This document shows, one piece after another, positions 41,203 to 50,901 of a stretch of 64,000 nucleotides of DNA. The position numbers and the translations under genes were made by a program. Under the pieces are notes generated by a model. That model was not told where the DNA came from. It made no database searches and saw only the letters and a program-made list of their open reading frames with translations. The first letter of the stretch is position 1; the number at the start of each line of letters is the position of its first letter. Source of the DNA: Shigella phage Sf25. Where the stretch lies: sequence record MF327009; one strand, written 5' to 3'.

Positions 41203-41257
41203 AATAATCTCAGTTAAAAGGGCTTAGAACCATTATACCATCCTTGGTATAAAGCTG

Positions 41258-41785
41258 TTATGCGAGTACCGTCTTTAACCGTTCTTCAAACTTCCGAAGA
41301 GTATTCTGGCGTTCAGCTCTTTGCTTTTTATAAGTTTCAATACGCTCTGAAATGAGAGTGTATCGTTCATTTACTGATTCTTTCATAAAATCAGGAATTT
41401 CACGAGAAGCTTTAATCTCGTCAAATTTATCAATAACAGCTTGCTCTTCAGCAATTAAGTTATCATACATCAAAATATCTTTCTTGATGAACTCAATATC
41501 TTCTTGAGTTACACGAGATAATTTAGATGCTTTATCCTTTTTGTACTGTTCGTTAGTATCACGAGACCAGTGTAATGTACGATTTTTATTCGTATTCTTG
41601 TAAATTTCTACAATACCAATCTCATCAATAATAACGATCCAATTCCAACGTGATTTGTAAATTTGTCCTCCATCAACAGTGATTTCACCTCCGATTGAGA
41701 TGTCGTTAAAGAACTTGCTTTGTGCTTCAGATTTAAATTTACCATCGTTGTAATTTACCAAGTTGAAAATATCTTTAGCGTTCAT
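41258..41785 (-). CDS. hypothetical protein (175 aa)
   Basis: Minus-strand ORF preceded by an early promoter. Confidence 0.45.
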   Translation of the reverse strand: MNAKDIFNLVNYNDGKFKSEAQSKFFNDISIGGEITVDGGQIYKSRWNWIVIIDEIGIVEIYKNTNKNRTLHWSRDTNEQYKKDKASKLSRVTQEDIEFIKKDILMYDNLIAEEQAVIDKFDEIKASREIPDFMKESVNERYTLISERIETYKKQRAERQNTLRKFEERLKTVLA

Positions 41786-41811
41786 TTTCTGTTCCTCCGT
41801 AGTTGATAGTT

Positions 41812-41845
41812 GTATAGTACCACAGAGGAACAGTCTTGTAAACCA
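41812..41845 (-). promoter_or_regulatory. T4-type early promoter
   Basis: gtaaac at 41838-41843 on plus strand plus the conserved -10 block. Confidence 0.5.
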
Positions 41846-42160
41846 CTAAAAGAAACTTCTTTCACAATTTTTTCCACTGAACCATGCACTTACCGCTTTC
41901 TTAGTCTCAGGAGCAGTGTTATCCATAAACCATTCAAAGGCAGCCTTTTTATGATTCTGGAGGGCTTCTCGGGCTTTAATCTGCTCACGGTCTATTAACA
42001 CTAACATATGAGCCTTTCTTGTCACCATGGGCTTCTTATGATTTTTTGAATACTCCCAGTCATTTGTCCATCGCATTGTCGTTGCGAACTGAAATACTGC
42101 TTCTTTAATTTTAGTTTCGTAAATTTCACGAGCCTTTGAGTATAACATCATTACCTCCAT
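41846..42160 (-). CDS. hypothetical protein (104 aa)
   Basis: Minus-strand ORF. Confidence 0.4.
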   Translation of the reverse strand: MEVMMLYSKAREIYETKIKEAVFQFATTMRWTNDWEYSKNHKKPMVTRKAHMLVLIDREQIKAREALQNHKKAAFEWFMDNTAPETKKAVSAWFSGKNCERSFF

Positions 42161-42249
42161 TCACCGGTTTAATTCTAGTCATCTTTTTAATGGCAGTCCA
42201 TATAATCTATTTCTGAACTGCCTTTTTGTCATAGAAGTCCTCTTATGAA

Positions 42250-43284
42250 TTATTTCAGAAGAGTAACCTCAGCAATTTCTTCCCAACCGTTTTTGTCGGT
42301 CATAATAAAGTCAGCAAGATAAAGAGCAGTACGCAGTGAAACATTGCGTAAACGATTAACATTAACTTTCATCCATGATAATGCTTTATAAGTTTCTTCA
42401 TCAGAAAGACCGCGCTTTTGCATCATGTCAGTTGAAAGAATAACATCTTCAACCCTGACCATAATTTCTTCATTAGTGTGAACACCCAAATCTAAATAAA
42501 CCGAGCGGGACACTAATGCTTGTAAATGTGGAGCAAGTTTAGTACCACGGTCTAATTCGCGGTCAATGTCAACGTTTGTGATAAAAACAATCGTTCCTTT
42601 AAATTCAAACTCACGCTCAATGCCTTTTTCTTCTAAGTAAGAAGACGCAGTGCTCCAGCAGACTTTACGGGTCTCTCCAGTGTCCAGAGCGGCTTTTAGA
42701 AGATTAAGAATGTCCATATCAGAGAAAACATCCACATCATCAATCAAAAGGACAGAATTCTCTTCACGATTATTCCAAAGCTGTTCATAAAGACCGATAC
42801 CAGAGATTTTACCATTAATGCTTTTATATTCAATGTATCCAATATCATTTGCTTTATTTAAAGCTTTATCTAAAGAATACGTTTTACCAATACCTGCTGC
42901 ACCAGAGATAATTAATGAACGAATGTTTCCGTTAATAATACCATTCGTCATCATTCCCATAACATTAAATCTTTTATTAATGCGGGTTTTCATATCTTCA
43001 TACGATTCTTTAACTTCTTCAACTTTTACACCATCATATGAAATGTCTGATTTGTAAACCCAAACACCGCGACGCTTACCGTCAATTTCAACAAAAACTT
43101 TACCATCTCCTTGCGCATCTACTGGAGCATTATCAGGGAACCACTCACCTAAGAGTTCAAAAGTTCCAGAGATTTCTTTGCCAAAGTAGATACCCTTATT
43201 GATAGTTACAGTTTTCATTTTATTCTCCAAATCCGCATCAGTTGATAGTTGTATAGTACCATAAAGCTTTATGCTTGTAAACAA
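42250..43284 (-). CDS. P-loop NTPase (344 aa)
   Basis: Walker A GAAGIGKTYS and Walker B-like VLLIDDVD; about 110-aa N-terminal extension of unknown fold. Confidence 0.5.
   Translation of the reverse strand: MFTSIKLYGTIQLSTDADLENKMKTVTINKGIYFGKEISGTFELLGEWFPDNAPVDAQGDGKVFVEIDGKRRGVWVYKSDISYDGVKVEEVKESYEDMKTRINKRFNVMGMMTNGIINGNIRSLIISGAAGIGKTYSLDKALNKANDIGYIEYKSINGKISGIGLYEQLWNNREENSVLLIDDVDVFSDMDILNLLKAALDTGETRKVCWSTASSYLEEKGIEREFEFKGTIVFITNVDIDRELDRGTKLAPHLQALVSRSVYLDLGVHTNEEIMVRVEDVILSTDMMQKRGLSDEETYKALSWMKVNVNRLRNVSLRTALYLADFIMTDKNGWEEIAEVTLLK
43250..43284 (-). promoter_or_regulatory. T4-type early promoter
   Basis: gtaaac at 43277-43282 on plus strand plus the conserved -10 block; just upstream of the ATPase ATG. 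Confidence 0.5.
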
Positions 43285-43304
43285 CTTTGTGAAAAAATTT
43301 TGAA

Positions 43305-43331
43305 ATAAAAAAGGGAGCCCGAAGGCTCCCT
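43305..43331 (-). terminator. rho-independent terminator
   Basis: gggagcc-cgaa-ggctccc hairpin followed by UUUUUUU on minus, downstream of the 43333-44346 gene. Confidence 0.6.
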
Positions 43332-43332
43332 A

Positions 43333-44346
43333 TCATTTATAATAACTTCGGTGGTTTTCAAGATAAACCCTCTCAAGGAAGTCATCCCAAAAACTCATGT
43401 CTACTTTTTGCTGCATACCGTTCTTAGAAGCTTCAGTAGATGCTGCTTCTACTTGATCGACCACATCTTCCAAAAACTCTTGAACTGTTTTAAATGGATG
43501 TTTACCCAACTTCACGTCGAGAATAAATGGAGCATCTTGGAGTGGATAGACTAAGTCACCAGTTTTGTAAATTTCCAATAGTTGAAGTCCACCACGACAG
43601 GCATGGCTCAGAGCTTTCCAGTCAATGCCCTCATTCGCTTCAGCCTTACGAGCACGTTCGCCGTATTCAGCATCAAGTTTATTCAAAGACTGCTTAAGCT
43701 CAATAAGAGAAAGTGTTGTCTGATATTTACGACCCAACACAGTATAGAACGTTTGCGGCCCTGTTTTCTCATGATTATGGAATACCCATTCGCAGAATTC
43801 GTTTTCTGGAAGACGATGCTTAATATCTTCAACTTTAGTACGACGCTGCTTAATAGAACCATCTTCTTGGTAATCAATCCACTGCTCAGGAATTTGATTA
43901 ACTACTTTCAATACATCACGTAATGCAGCCAAACGAGAACCCTTGACACCGTATTTAGAAGCTTGCTTGCGAACATATCCTAAATAGGATTTCATGTTAG
44001 TCGTATAAAAACGAGAACGGTTGTCTTGAATAAACTTCCACACATCAGGCAAATCAGATTTAACCACTAGTTCAGGTGGAGTGTGAAGCATATCCAACGC
44101 TACAGTTTCACCATCTGCTGCTAATTTAAAGAAATATTTAAGACTGTATAGTTCATGGTCAATATCATCTTTAGTGTTTTTAGATGATGTATTGTTGGTA
44201 TTTTTACTCATATGCTCTTTAACATTTCCGATAAGAATATCACGAGCAGGAGGAACAAAGATTTCTTTAAAATCTACATCAGATTCTGGGGTAGAAGTTC
44301 CATAAAGATGACTACCAAAATAGCTTTTCATTACTGTTTTCATCAT
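43333..44346 (-). CDS. putative nucleotidyltransferase-fold protein (337 aa)
   Basis: N-terminal GSHLYGTSTPESDVDF fits the Pol-beta superfamily G-S-x(9-13)-D-x-D signature. Confidence 0.4.
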   Translation of the reverse strand: MMKTVMKSYFGSHLYGTSTPESDVDFKEIFVPPARDILIGNVKEHMSKNTNNTSSKNTKDDIDHELYSLKYFFKLAADGETVALDMLHTPPELVVKSDLPDVWKFIQDNRSRFYTTNMKSYLGYVRKQASKYGVKGSRLAALRDVLKVVNQIPEQWIDYQEDGSIKQRRTKVEDIKHRLPENEFCEWVFHNHEKTGPQTFYTVLGRKYQTTLSLIELKQSLNKLDAEYGERARKAEANEGIDWKALSHACRGGLQLLEIYKTGDLVYPLQDAPFILDVKLGKHPFKTVQEFLEDVVDQVEAASTEASKNGMQQKVDMSFWDDFLERVYLENHRSYYK

Positions 44347-44804
44347 TCAGCCTTATATTCAATAACAGGACATACTTTAGCTTTACGCGCTTTTAAAAAT
44401 TCGACGATAATAGATTTCTTGGGTTGAATAGGAGGTAAACCTTTATACGCTCTATCAATATTTTCTACATGTAAAGCATAATCCTTTTTCCATTTATAAT
44501 CTTTATATTTTTCATGCAGTTGTGCAGGAATAACAAATGAACCAATAATAAGTAAAACAAGCAAAATGGCAAGTATAAATGCTGATGGAATAAGAGTCCA
44601 TAAACTACCAAAAATAAGCCATTTCTGTATGATTTCTGCACAGATAATAGTTAGACCTGTGAGTATAGTACATCCGAAAAAAGAAACGAAAAATGTAGGG
44701 ATAACAATAGACCAAAAGTATGCACACAGTGTCTTAGGTCGTTTCCATTCATCATTAAACAGTTTGAATAATTTATAGTGCCAAGAGTTTTCATTAATAA
44801 TCAT
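44343..44804 (-). CDS. polytopic membrane protein (153 aa)
   Basis: Three to four hydrophobic segments. Confidence 0.45.
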   Translation of the reverse strand: MIINENSWHYKLFKLFNDEWKRPKTLCAYFWSIVIPTFFVSFFGCTILTGLTIICAEIIQKWLIFGSLWTLIPSAFILAILLVLLIIGSFVIPAQLHEKYKDYKWKKDYALHVENIDRAYKGLPPIQPKKSIIVEFLKARKAKVCPVIEYKAE

Positions 44805-44806
44805 AA

Positions 44807-45328
44807 TTATCCTTTCATTGAAGGTGTAACAGTTGTTAAATACTTAATCATAGCTTCAGCTTCTGATTTTGATAATGAAATTTCTCCATTGTTTTGACGA
44901 ATAGAAATAAAATCCGGATGACGGTCACCACCAGCTTTTAAAACACACATATAAGTATCAGTTTCATCTTCAATATCTGAAATGATTGAAGCAGTTCCAC
45001 ATGAATGTGGTTTTTGATAAATCAATGCAGCTTTTCTTCCACCGTTTGACTGTTCATAAACTTTTAACACATCAAACAAATCGCTTCTTTTATCAATAGC
45101 TAAGATGTTGTTTTCATCTTCAATGTTAAATCCTTCGGATACTTCATAAAGTGTCACCCATAAATCACCTATATCGATAGTAGCATTTCCTTTTCCACGA
45201 CTTTCAAGAATATGACAAATTTTCTTGATTTCGTCATAACTCATTTTAATAATATCATCTCCTTGAATAAGGAAGATGTCATTTTTAAATTCAACACGAA
45301 TTAAACCACTTCCACTTGAAATAAACAT
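44807..45328 (-). CDS. hypothetical protein, paralogue of the 45335-45892 gene
   Basis: Shared C-terminal motif (K-S/D-EA-x-A-x-x-YL-x-x-V-x-P-x-M). Confidence 0.45.
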   Translation of the reverse strand: MFISSGSGLIRVEFKNDIFLIQGDDIIKMSYDEIKKICHILESRGKGNATIDIGDLWVTLYEVSEGFNIEDENNILAIDKRSDLFDVLKVYEQSNGGRKAALIYQKPHSCGTASIISDIEDETDTYMCVLKAGGDRHPDFISIRQNNGEISLSKSEAEAMIKYLTTVTPSMKG

Positions 45329-45334
45329 ATTTCC

Positions 45335-45892
45335 TCACTTTGAAATCATAGTTGGAATGACAGAATCAAGATAAGTCTTTAGCGCAATAGCTTCGTCTTT
45401 GGTAAATGTGACAATATGCGATCGAAAATCATCAATTTGACGAATAGTTAAGACATCACCATCTTCATAGCATTTTGATACGTTTAAAACAGTTTCATCA
45501 TTCTGATTGCAAGCGTTAGTAATAATAGCATTGCAATTTTTGAGCCATTTTAAACTATGTTTTCTTTCATTAGAATAATAAAAATATTTAATCTTATCTA
45601 TAAAACTATCCCAATGGATAACTGATAAACACATTGACTCACTTTTAATATTAAATCCTGGGCATGAAGAATAAAAATGAATTTTGTGCTCATCATTGAT
45701 GCTTACTATTTTATCAGTATAAGGATATTCAATTTGGGTTAAATGAATGATTTCGCTAGGAGTAAAATATAGCATATCATCTTCTTGCGTCAAACGATAC
45801 ATATTATTTACTTTTTCTATAGCCAATTCGCCAAAAAGCGGACTAACTTCTAATACTAATCGTTTCATATTGATTCTCTTCGACTCACTCAC
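45335..45892 (-). CDS. hypothetical protein, paralogue of the 44807-45328 gene
   Basis: Shared C-terminal motif with neighbour. Confidence 0.45.
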   Translation of the reverse strand: MSESKRINMKRLVLEVSPLFGELAIEKVNNMYRLTQEDDMLYFTPSEIIHLTQIEYPYTDKIVSINDEHKIHFYSSCPGFNIKSESMCLSVIHWDSFIDKIKYFYYSNERKHSLKWLKNCNAIITNACNQNDETVLNVSKCYEDGDVLTIRQIDDFRSHIVTFTKDEAIALKTYLDSVIPTMISK

Positions 45893-46024
45893 AATTACAT
45901 ACTCCTTTGAATAATATCAATAATGTTGTTCACCAAATTATACGTAAACATTGGGTAATTATATTGAATCATCACATACACAACAAACAAAACTTTCATT
46001 CTCTTCTCCTTAGCAGTTGACAAG

Positions 46025-46060
46025 ATTACTATACCATAACCTTGCCAACTTGTAAACCAT
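46025..46060 (-). promoter_or_regulatory. T4-type early promoter (GTTTAC N18 TATAGT)
   Basis: gtaaac at 46052-46057 on plus strand; AAGGAG RBS and small ORF downstream on minus. Confidence 0.45.
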
Positions 46061-46222
46061 TAAATGACGTTTTCAATAAAATTCTGAAGCTTTGTGTGAG
46101 CATCAACCATGATTTTCATTTCTTCCTTTGCGAAAGCTGTACCTCTTTCCCTAGCAGAATACTCATAATCAGAAACTGCATTAGCATATTCTTCAATTAG
46201 CTTCATTAAAAACATCTGCTTT

Positions 46223-46417
46223 TCAGTTTTCATTATTCCACCTAATCATTTCAAGATATTGAACTAACTTAGCTTTGGATTTATCCAAATCTCTTTTAGC
46301 TGCTTCTATACCATCGTATGAGTATCCTTCACAATGCTCAACTGCCAATTGGTATGAATCTATTTCAATATCACGTGCTAATTTAATGATTTTTTCAAAC
46401 TGTTCGCGTGTTAACAT
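46223..46417 (-). CDS. hypothetical protein (64 aa)
   Basis: Minus-strand ORF. Confidence 0.35.
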   Translation of the reverse strand: MLTREQFEKIIKLARDIEIDSYQLAVEHCEGYSYDGIEAAKRDLDKSKAKLVQYLEMIRWNNEN

Positions 46418-46419
46418 AC

Positions 46420-46638
46420 TTAAACTCTCGTATTATGATCGATAATTTCATCAAGAAACATATCTAAAGCTTCTAAAGCATTATCAACTTTAGCTTCAAA
46501 TTCTTCAATACCTGATAAGGCAAAGTTAACGCGTTCCTCATCTGCTTTGCGAATTAAAGCTACCAATTCTTTAATTTTATCTGCTTGTTCGATACTAATC
46601 ATTATTCCACCACATATGAAAGAGAGAATATTGCACAC
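46420..46638 (-). CDS. hypothetical protein (72 aa)
   Basis: Minus-strand ORF. Confidence 0.35.
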   Translation of the reverse strand: MCNILSFICGGIMISIEQADKIKELVALIRKADEERVNFALSGIEEFEAKVDNALEALDMFLDEIIDHNTRV

Positions 46639-46790
46639 GCCATGTGAGTTGCAACTTCATCACACATATTATAACGTTTCTTAAGAAATTCTACAAGTTC
46701 TTCACTAGTAACTTCATCCATGTCGACGAAAAAATCACCATTAATGATGACGTAGATATTTCCTTCTTGATTGAGTGCTTCAATTTTCAT
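46602..46790 (-). CDS. hypothetical protein (62 aa)
   Basis: Minus-strand ORF. Confidence 0.35.
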   Translation of the reverse strand: MKIEALNQEGNIYVIINGDFFVDMDEVTSEELVEFLKKRYNMCDEVATHMACAIFSLSYVVE

Positions 46791-46803
46791 GATGTTCTCC
46801 TCT

Positions 46804-47127
46804 TTATCCGATAGTTGTATAGTACCACAGAATGCTGTTAGATTGGTCTAGTATGTGATCAATCATTTTAATTGTGTCGGTAGGAAGTTTACTGGCATCT
46901 GGAATTGAAGGCGTGTATTTTCTACCAGAATACCCCAAATATTGCTCACCAAATTTATCAATCAAATCTGGCAACTCGGAGAAAATAAAATCGTATGCTT
47001 TGTGTCTAGCATAACTTTTAGTTTCAAAATGCGCAGAATGAAAATAAGCTTGTGCAGCCATTAATAAACCTAAGTATTCATCTGCCTTTGAAGGTTTTCC
47101 ACTTTGTGAAAAGTCGCTGAATTTCAT
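46804..47127 (-). CDS. hypothetical protein (107 aa)
   Basis: Minus-strand ORF downstream of rI; stop-start overlap. Confidence 0.4.
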   Translation of the reverse strand: MKFSDFSQSGKPSKADEYLGLLMAAQAYFHSAHFETKSYARHKAYDFIFSELPDLIDKFGEQYLGYSGRKYTPSIPDASKLPTDTIKMIDHILDQSNSILWYYTTIG

Positions 47128-47417
47128 TCAGTCTCCAATTTAATGTTCATAATTCTAGCGTATGATTGTGCCATCTCCGCGCCTCGCTCTATACATTCAA
47201 AATCGGAAGAGCACGGGTCATTTTTATAAGTCGTTCGCATAAAACTATAGAACTGTTCAGATGATTCTACGCTTTTATTTTCAAAAAGCATATAAACGTG
47301 TCTAATACCAGATTCCATAAATTTATCAAAATGAGGATCGACATTCGCTTCAATCGGTGGAGATAAAGCAAACGCTAATCCTAGCATGGCAAATAGTGCC
47401 GTTGCTTTTAAGGCCAT
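47124..47417 (-). CDS. rI: lysis-inhibition regulator RI (periplasmic antiholin)
   Basis: 97 aa, signal-anchor N-terminus MALKATALFAMLGLAFALSPPIEA; matches T4 RI as recalled. Confidence 0.75.
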   Translation of the reverse strand: MALKATALFAMLGLAFALSPPIEANVDPHFDKFMESGIRHVYMLFENKSVESSEQFYSFMRTTYKNDPCSSDFECIERGAEMAQSYARIMNIKLETE

Positions 47418-47429
47418 AAAGGCCTCCTA

Positions 47430-47642
47430 TCATTTTTGTCCTGTATTTACTTTATGCCGATGCACGGCCTTAACTTTATCAAGGTATTTTTCAAAATTTC
47501 GCAATCTAGTATAGTCTGCCGGAGATTGGTTGAGTGATACTTCTCGACGCAAAGCTGAAATGATATTTCCAACTTCCCTACGAATTTCATCTAATTGAAG
47601 AACAGTAAGATTGCGAAGTTGCTTTTCAGTTAATTGTAGCAT
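47430..47642 (-). CDS. hypothetical protein (70 aa)
   Basis: Minus-strand ORF between tk and rI. Confidence 0.4.
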
Positions 47643-47684
47643 ATATACCCCTTTAGTTAGATAAACCTATTTATAACTTTTGCA

Positions 47685-48266
47685 CTAACCGAGCTTTTTA
47701 GTTAATTCATTCCAATGTTTTCTGCACAAAGAAACATAAATTTCATCACCAATACAGATTTGATTACCTTCTTTAACTGGTGTTCCATCTTCCATTAATC
47801 GAGCTGTCATAATAGCTTTTTTACCACAATGACAAACTGCTTTTAGTTCAATAAGTTTATCTGCAATCGCCAAAAGTTCTTTAGAACCTTCAAATAATTT
47901 TCCAGCGAAATCAGTCCTTAGTCCATAAGCCATAACAGGAACATTATATGTATCAACAATTCGGCTTAATTGATGCACCTGTTCAGTTTTTAAAAACTGA
48001 GCTTCATCTACAAATACACAATGAATATCTTTTTGTGCTTCAGCCCATTTATAGAACTCAAAAATATCCATATCATCCGTAATAATATTCGCTTCCTGCT
48101 TAATTCCAATGCGAGAAACGACTTCACAGACAGAATCGCGAGTATCAATAGCAGGTTTAAGAACTAATACACCCATTCCGCGTTCTTTATAATTATGCGC
48201 AGCAGTCAAAAGAGAAGCAGATTTTCCAGCATTCATTGCTGCATAAGTAAAAATTAAACTCGCCAT
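47685..48266 (-). CDS. tk: thymidine kinase
   Basis: 193 aa; P-loop AMNAGKS and C-terminal zinc-binding Cys pairs. Confidence 0.85.
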   Translation of the reverse strand: MASLIFTYAAMNAGKSASLLTAAHNYKERGMGVLVLKPAIDTRDSVCEVVSRIGIKQEANIITDDMDIFEFYKWAEAQKDIHCVFVDEAQFLKTEQVHQLSRIVDTYNVPVMAYGLRTDFAGKLFEGSKELLAIADKLIELKAVCHCGKKAIMTARLMEDGTPVKEGNQICIGDEIYVSLCRKHWNELTKKLG

Positions 48267-48275
48267 ATCACCTTC

Positions 48276-48461
48276 TTAAAGCGTATTCACATAAGCTATT
48301 AATTCGTTTTCTTTCTTATCAAACCGGTCAGCAAATTCTTCTTGCTGTTCGGGAGATAGCGGGCCGTATTCATCATAAAAGGTGTTTGCTTCTGTATGCT
48401 CATCTAGAAGTTCATGGATAAGCTCAAACAATTTATCTTTTTGTTCTTTGCTTAGGCTCAC
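48276..48461 (-). CDS. hypothetical acidic protein (61 aa)
   Basis: Minus-strand ORF. Confidence 0.35.
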   Translation of the reverse strand: MSLSKEQKDKLFELIHELLDEHTEANTFYDEYGPLSPEQQEEFADRFDKKENELIAYVNTL

Positions 48462-48630
48462 AGTATGTCAATCCCCAAAAGTTTTAAAATGACTCGTTTC
48501 TGATTCATAACCGCTACGATTGAATGACCGTTGGGGTCTTTTTGACCTGATCCAATTATAAATCCTTTTTGCGCAGAAAGTTTAATCAAAACATCAAGTT
48601 CACGTAATAATTGATATTTTAAATCATCAT

Positions 48631-48858
48631 TCATTTTGGTTTACCTTCTTTAACGAAATCAGGATAAGGATAAAATCCTGAATAAAATCCTTCACCTTTA
48701 TGATTGATGCATCCTTTATTAGAACAATAGCACCAATAATCGAAATCACAAGCCATTTCATCGTTGCATAAAGCAAAAACAACCGGCCACTTACACTTTT
48801 CACAGTGGGCATTTTTAAGAATACTAGTTTGGCTCATAACCATGTAACCTTTAAGCAA
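48631..48858 (-). CDS. Cys-rich small protein (75 aa)
   Basis: Nine or more Cys residues (CEKC...CNDEMACDFDYWCYCSNKGC). Confidence 0.4.
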   Translation of the reverse strand: MLKGYMVMSQTSILKNAHCEKCKWPVVFALCNDEMACDFDYWCYCSNKGCINHKGEGFYSGFYPYPDFVKEGKPK

Positions 48859-49046
48859 TATTCTTCTACATGTTGTTTACGACCTTTCTTATCAATAAAG
48901 GTATATTCAACGAATGTTCCAATGTAGTCTTTATCTACATCATGTGGACTATTAATTGGACATTTAGTACGGCAAATGCGTTCCCATTGACGAATAATTA
49001 CTGCTTTGTTTTTAGGATCAAACGGATGTGGGTAATGCACTTTCAT
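48834..49046 (-). CDS. hypothetical protein (70 aa)
   Basis: Minus-strand ORF. Confidence 0.35.
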   Translation of the reverse strand: MKVHYPHPFDPKNKAVIIRQWERICRTKCPINSPHDVDKDYIGTFVEYTFIDKKGRKQHVEEYCLKVTWL

Positions 49047-49497
49047 AATCCACCGCTATTAAATCAATATCAGGAGTAAACATGTCGATTAATTTAGAAA
49101 CCTTATCCCAATCGCCGCCAGCAATACCACAACCTATGCGTGGAATGTAAATTACCGGTTTAAACAAAAGGGTTTCTGCCTGTAGATTTAATTCTATCAT
49201 GCAGTTTACTAAAGCACCATAATCAAGATTAGGACCTGGTTCGTATTGCGTATACAGGTTATAGCATATACCAAATCCCGTAGGACTATGTTTAAAAACA
49301 ATAGACATATCGCCTAATTTATCGCGAGAACCGTACTCAGTAGTGGTTTTATCTATTTCTAAAATTTTGGGATAGGCTCTGGCTAATTGACCCGCTACAC
49401 CTGAACCCATAGTATGAAAACAATTGCACCCGTGCGCAATAATATTACCTTGAAGAAATAGGGCGACAATATCGCCCTTGATATATTTTACAATCAT
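49018..49497 (-). CDS. macro-domain-like protein (putative ADP-ribose binding or hydrolase)
   Basis: GDIVALFLQGNIIAHGCNCFHTMGSGVAGQL and IPRIGCGIAGG resemble the macro-domain GDI...GGGV and P-x-I-S-T-G-I-Y-G motifs. Confidence 0.45.
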   Translation of the reverse strand: MIVKYIKGDIVALFLQGNIIAHGCNCFHTMGSGVAGQLARAYPKILEIDKTTTEYGSRDKLGDMSIVFKHSPTGFGICYNLYTQYEPGPNLDYGALVNCMIELNLQAETLLFKPVIYIPRIGCGIAGGDWDKVSKLIDMFTPDIDLIAVDYESALPTSV

Positions 49498-49835
49498 CTA
49501 GTACTCAATCCTCGATTATAAGAATCTACCAAACGGTCAACCATTGAATGACAAGCGGCTTTATCTTTTTCCTCCGCAACTGAACATTCTAAGGTATTCC
49601 ACTTTTTAGCATATCGTTTTAACAATGTATCATTTTTGTATCTGCTTGATTTATCTCTTTCTCCGTCTTTATATGCATATATTAATTTCTGTGCAAATTC
49701 AGCTTGGCATGCTTTATTTTTCCCGCAATAATCCGCTGCAGTACGGTTTACATACTCTCTAATTTCAGTATATGATGTATCTGCTAACGCAGAAAATGAA
49801 ATTAATCCTATACATAAAACCAAAATTTTAGTCAT
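49494..49835 (-). CDS. secreted protein (113 aa)
   Basis: Signal peptide MTKILVLCIGLISFSALADT; four Cys. Confidence 0.45.
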   Translation of the reverse strand: MTKILVLCIGLISFSALADTSYTEIREYVNRTAADYCGKNKACQAEFAQKLIYAYKDGERDKSSRYKNDTLLKRYAKKWNTLECSVAEEKDKAACHSMVDRLVDSYNRGLSTR

Positions 49836-50373
49836 TTACTATTTCCAAAAGTTTATTATTTTTAAGGTAATTAGCCTTTTCTAGGACTTCAGAAGCATAT
49901 TTAGAACCAGCTTTAACATTCCATCCCGAATTATAAGAGGATATTGCTTTTCTTATATCGCCCTTATGTATATTTAACCAATAAGAAAGTTCAATGTACG
50001 CCCAGGAAGCTGAATTGGACCGTTTATTCAACATTCTTTTTATTTCAGCATCGGTCATATTATAACCAAGTTCCTTAACTCTTGCTCGCATAGTAGGCAA
50101 ATAATTTTGGAACATTCCATAAGCGTGATGCTTTGGTTTAGATTTTAAATTAACTCCGCCAGAGCTTTCTTGCCATAAAATAGCAGCCATTATATGACCT
50201 AATCCGCTCTTGTGGATATTTTTGTGTGTTTTATATTTTCCATCCTTAGAAAATTGTTCCCCGAATTGATACGCGTAACGCATGTTATCGAGTTGGACAT
50301 TACTGAAAGTATGCTCGGAGCTATGTGCCATCATTGAAATGGCCAATAGACCAGCGAGTAGTGCTTTTCTCAT
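49828..50373 (-). CDS. secreted lytic-transglycosylase-like (SLT-domain) protein
   Basis: Signal peptide; WQESSGG (Glu-Ser catalytic motif), GMFQ and SYNSGW resemble SLT motifs. Confidence 0.45.
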   Translation of the reverse strand: MRKALLAGLLAISMMAHSSEHTFSNVQLDNMRYAYQFGEQFSKDGKYKTHKNIHKSGLGHIMAAILWQESSGGVNLKSKPKHHAYGMFQNYLPTMRARVKELGYNMTDAEIKRMLNKRSNSASWAYIELSYWLNIHKGDIRKAISSYNSGWNVKAGSKYASEVLEKANYLKNNKLLEIVND

Positions 50374-50380
50374 GCTTACC

Positions 50381-50842
50381 TCATTGAGTTTTAATTACTG
50401 CTTTAGAAGCCTTTCCTGGTAAACGACGACTGTTGATAATTGCCATCCTGCATTGAAGTGACGGGTTTTTAAACTTCTCATTAGGCTTACAAACTGTAAA
50501 TCCAAGCCAAAGATTTCCATCTGTGATTTCTAAACGTCCAGGACGATATTCAACCCCATCAATAAAATCCTCGTCAATGTCAGGACGCGGAGGCATACTC
50601 AGGAATTCATTAACTTCTAAAACATGGTCTTTTATTTTATGGAATAATTCAAAAACATATGTCTCATCAATCTCCCGTTGAATTGCACGATCAAGAAGAT
50701 GCTGAGAATATTTTAGATGAAACGATGAGACCCCTGCTGCTTTTGATGCCTCACGAATCTCATTGTTAATTTGACGAAACTCCGACTCAAAATGACGACG
50801 AAGCTTATTTCGACGGATAAAAACTTCTGTATTGATAGTCAT
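50381..50842 (-). CDS. regB: site-specific endoribonuclease RegB
   Basis: 153 aa, same length as T4 RegB, own early promoter upstream, position between tk and e. Confidence 0.65.
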   Translation of the reverse strand: MTINTEVFIRRNKLRRHFESEFRQINNEIREASKAAGVSSFHLKYSQHLLDRAIQREIDETYVFELFHKIKDHVLEVNEFLSMPPRPDIDEDFIDGVEYRPGRLEITDGNLWLGFTVCKPNEKFKNPSLQCRMAIINSRRLPGKASKAVIKTQ

Positions 50843-50867
50843 GTTATTCTCCTCTTAACTGATAGAA

Positions 50868-50900
50868 AAATTATACCACAGTCAAGAGGAAAAGTAAACA
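50868..50900 (-). promoter_or_regulatory. T4-type early promoter upstream of regB
   Basis: gtaaac at 50894-50899 on plus strand. Confidence 0.45.
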
Positions 50901-50901
50901 G

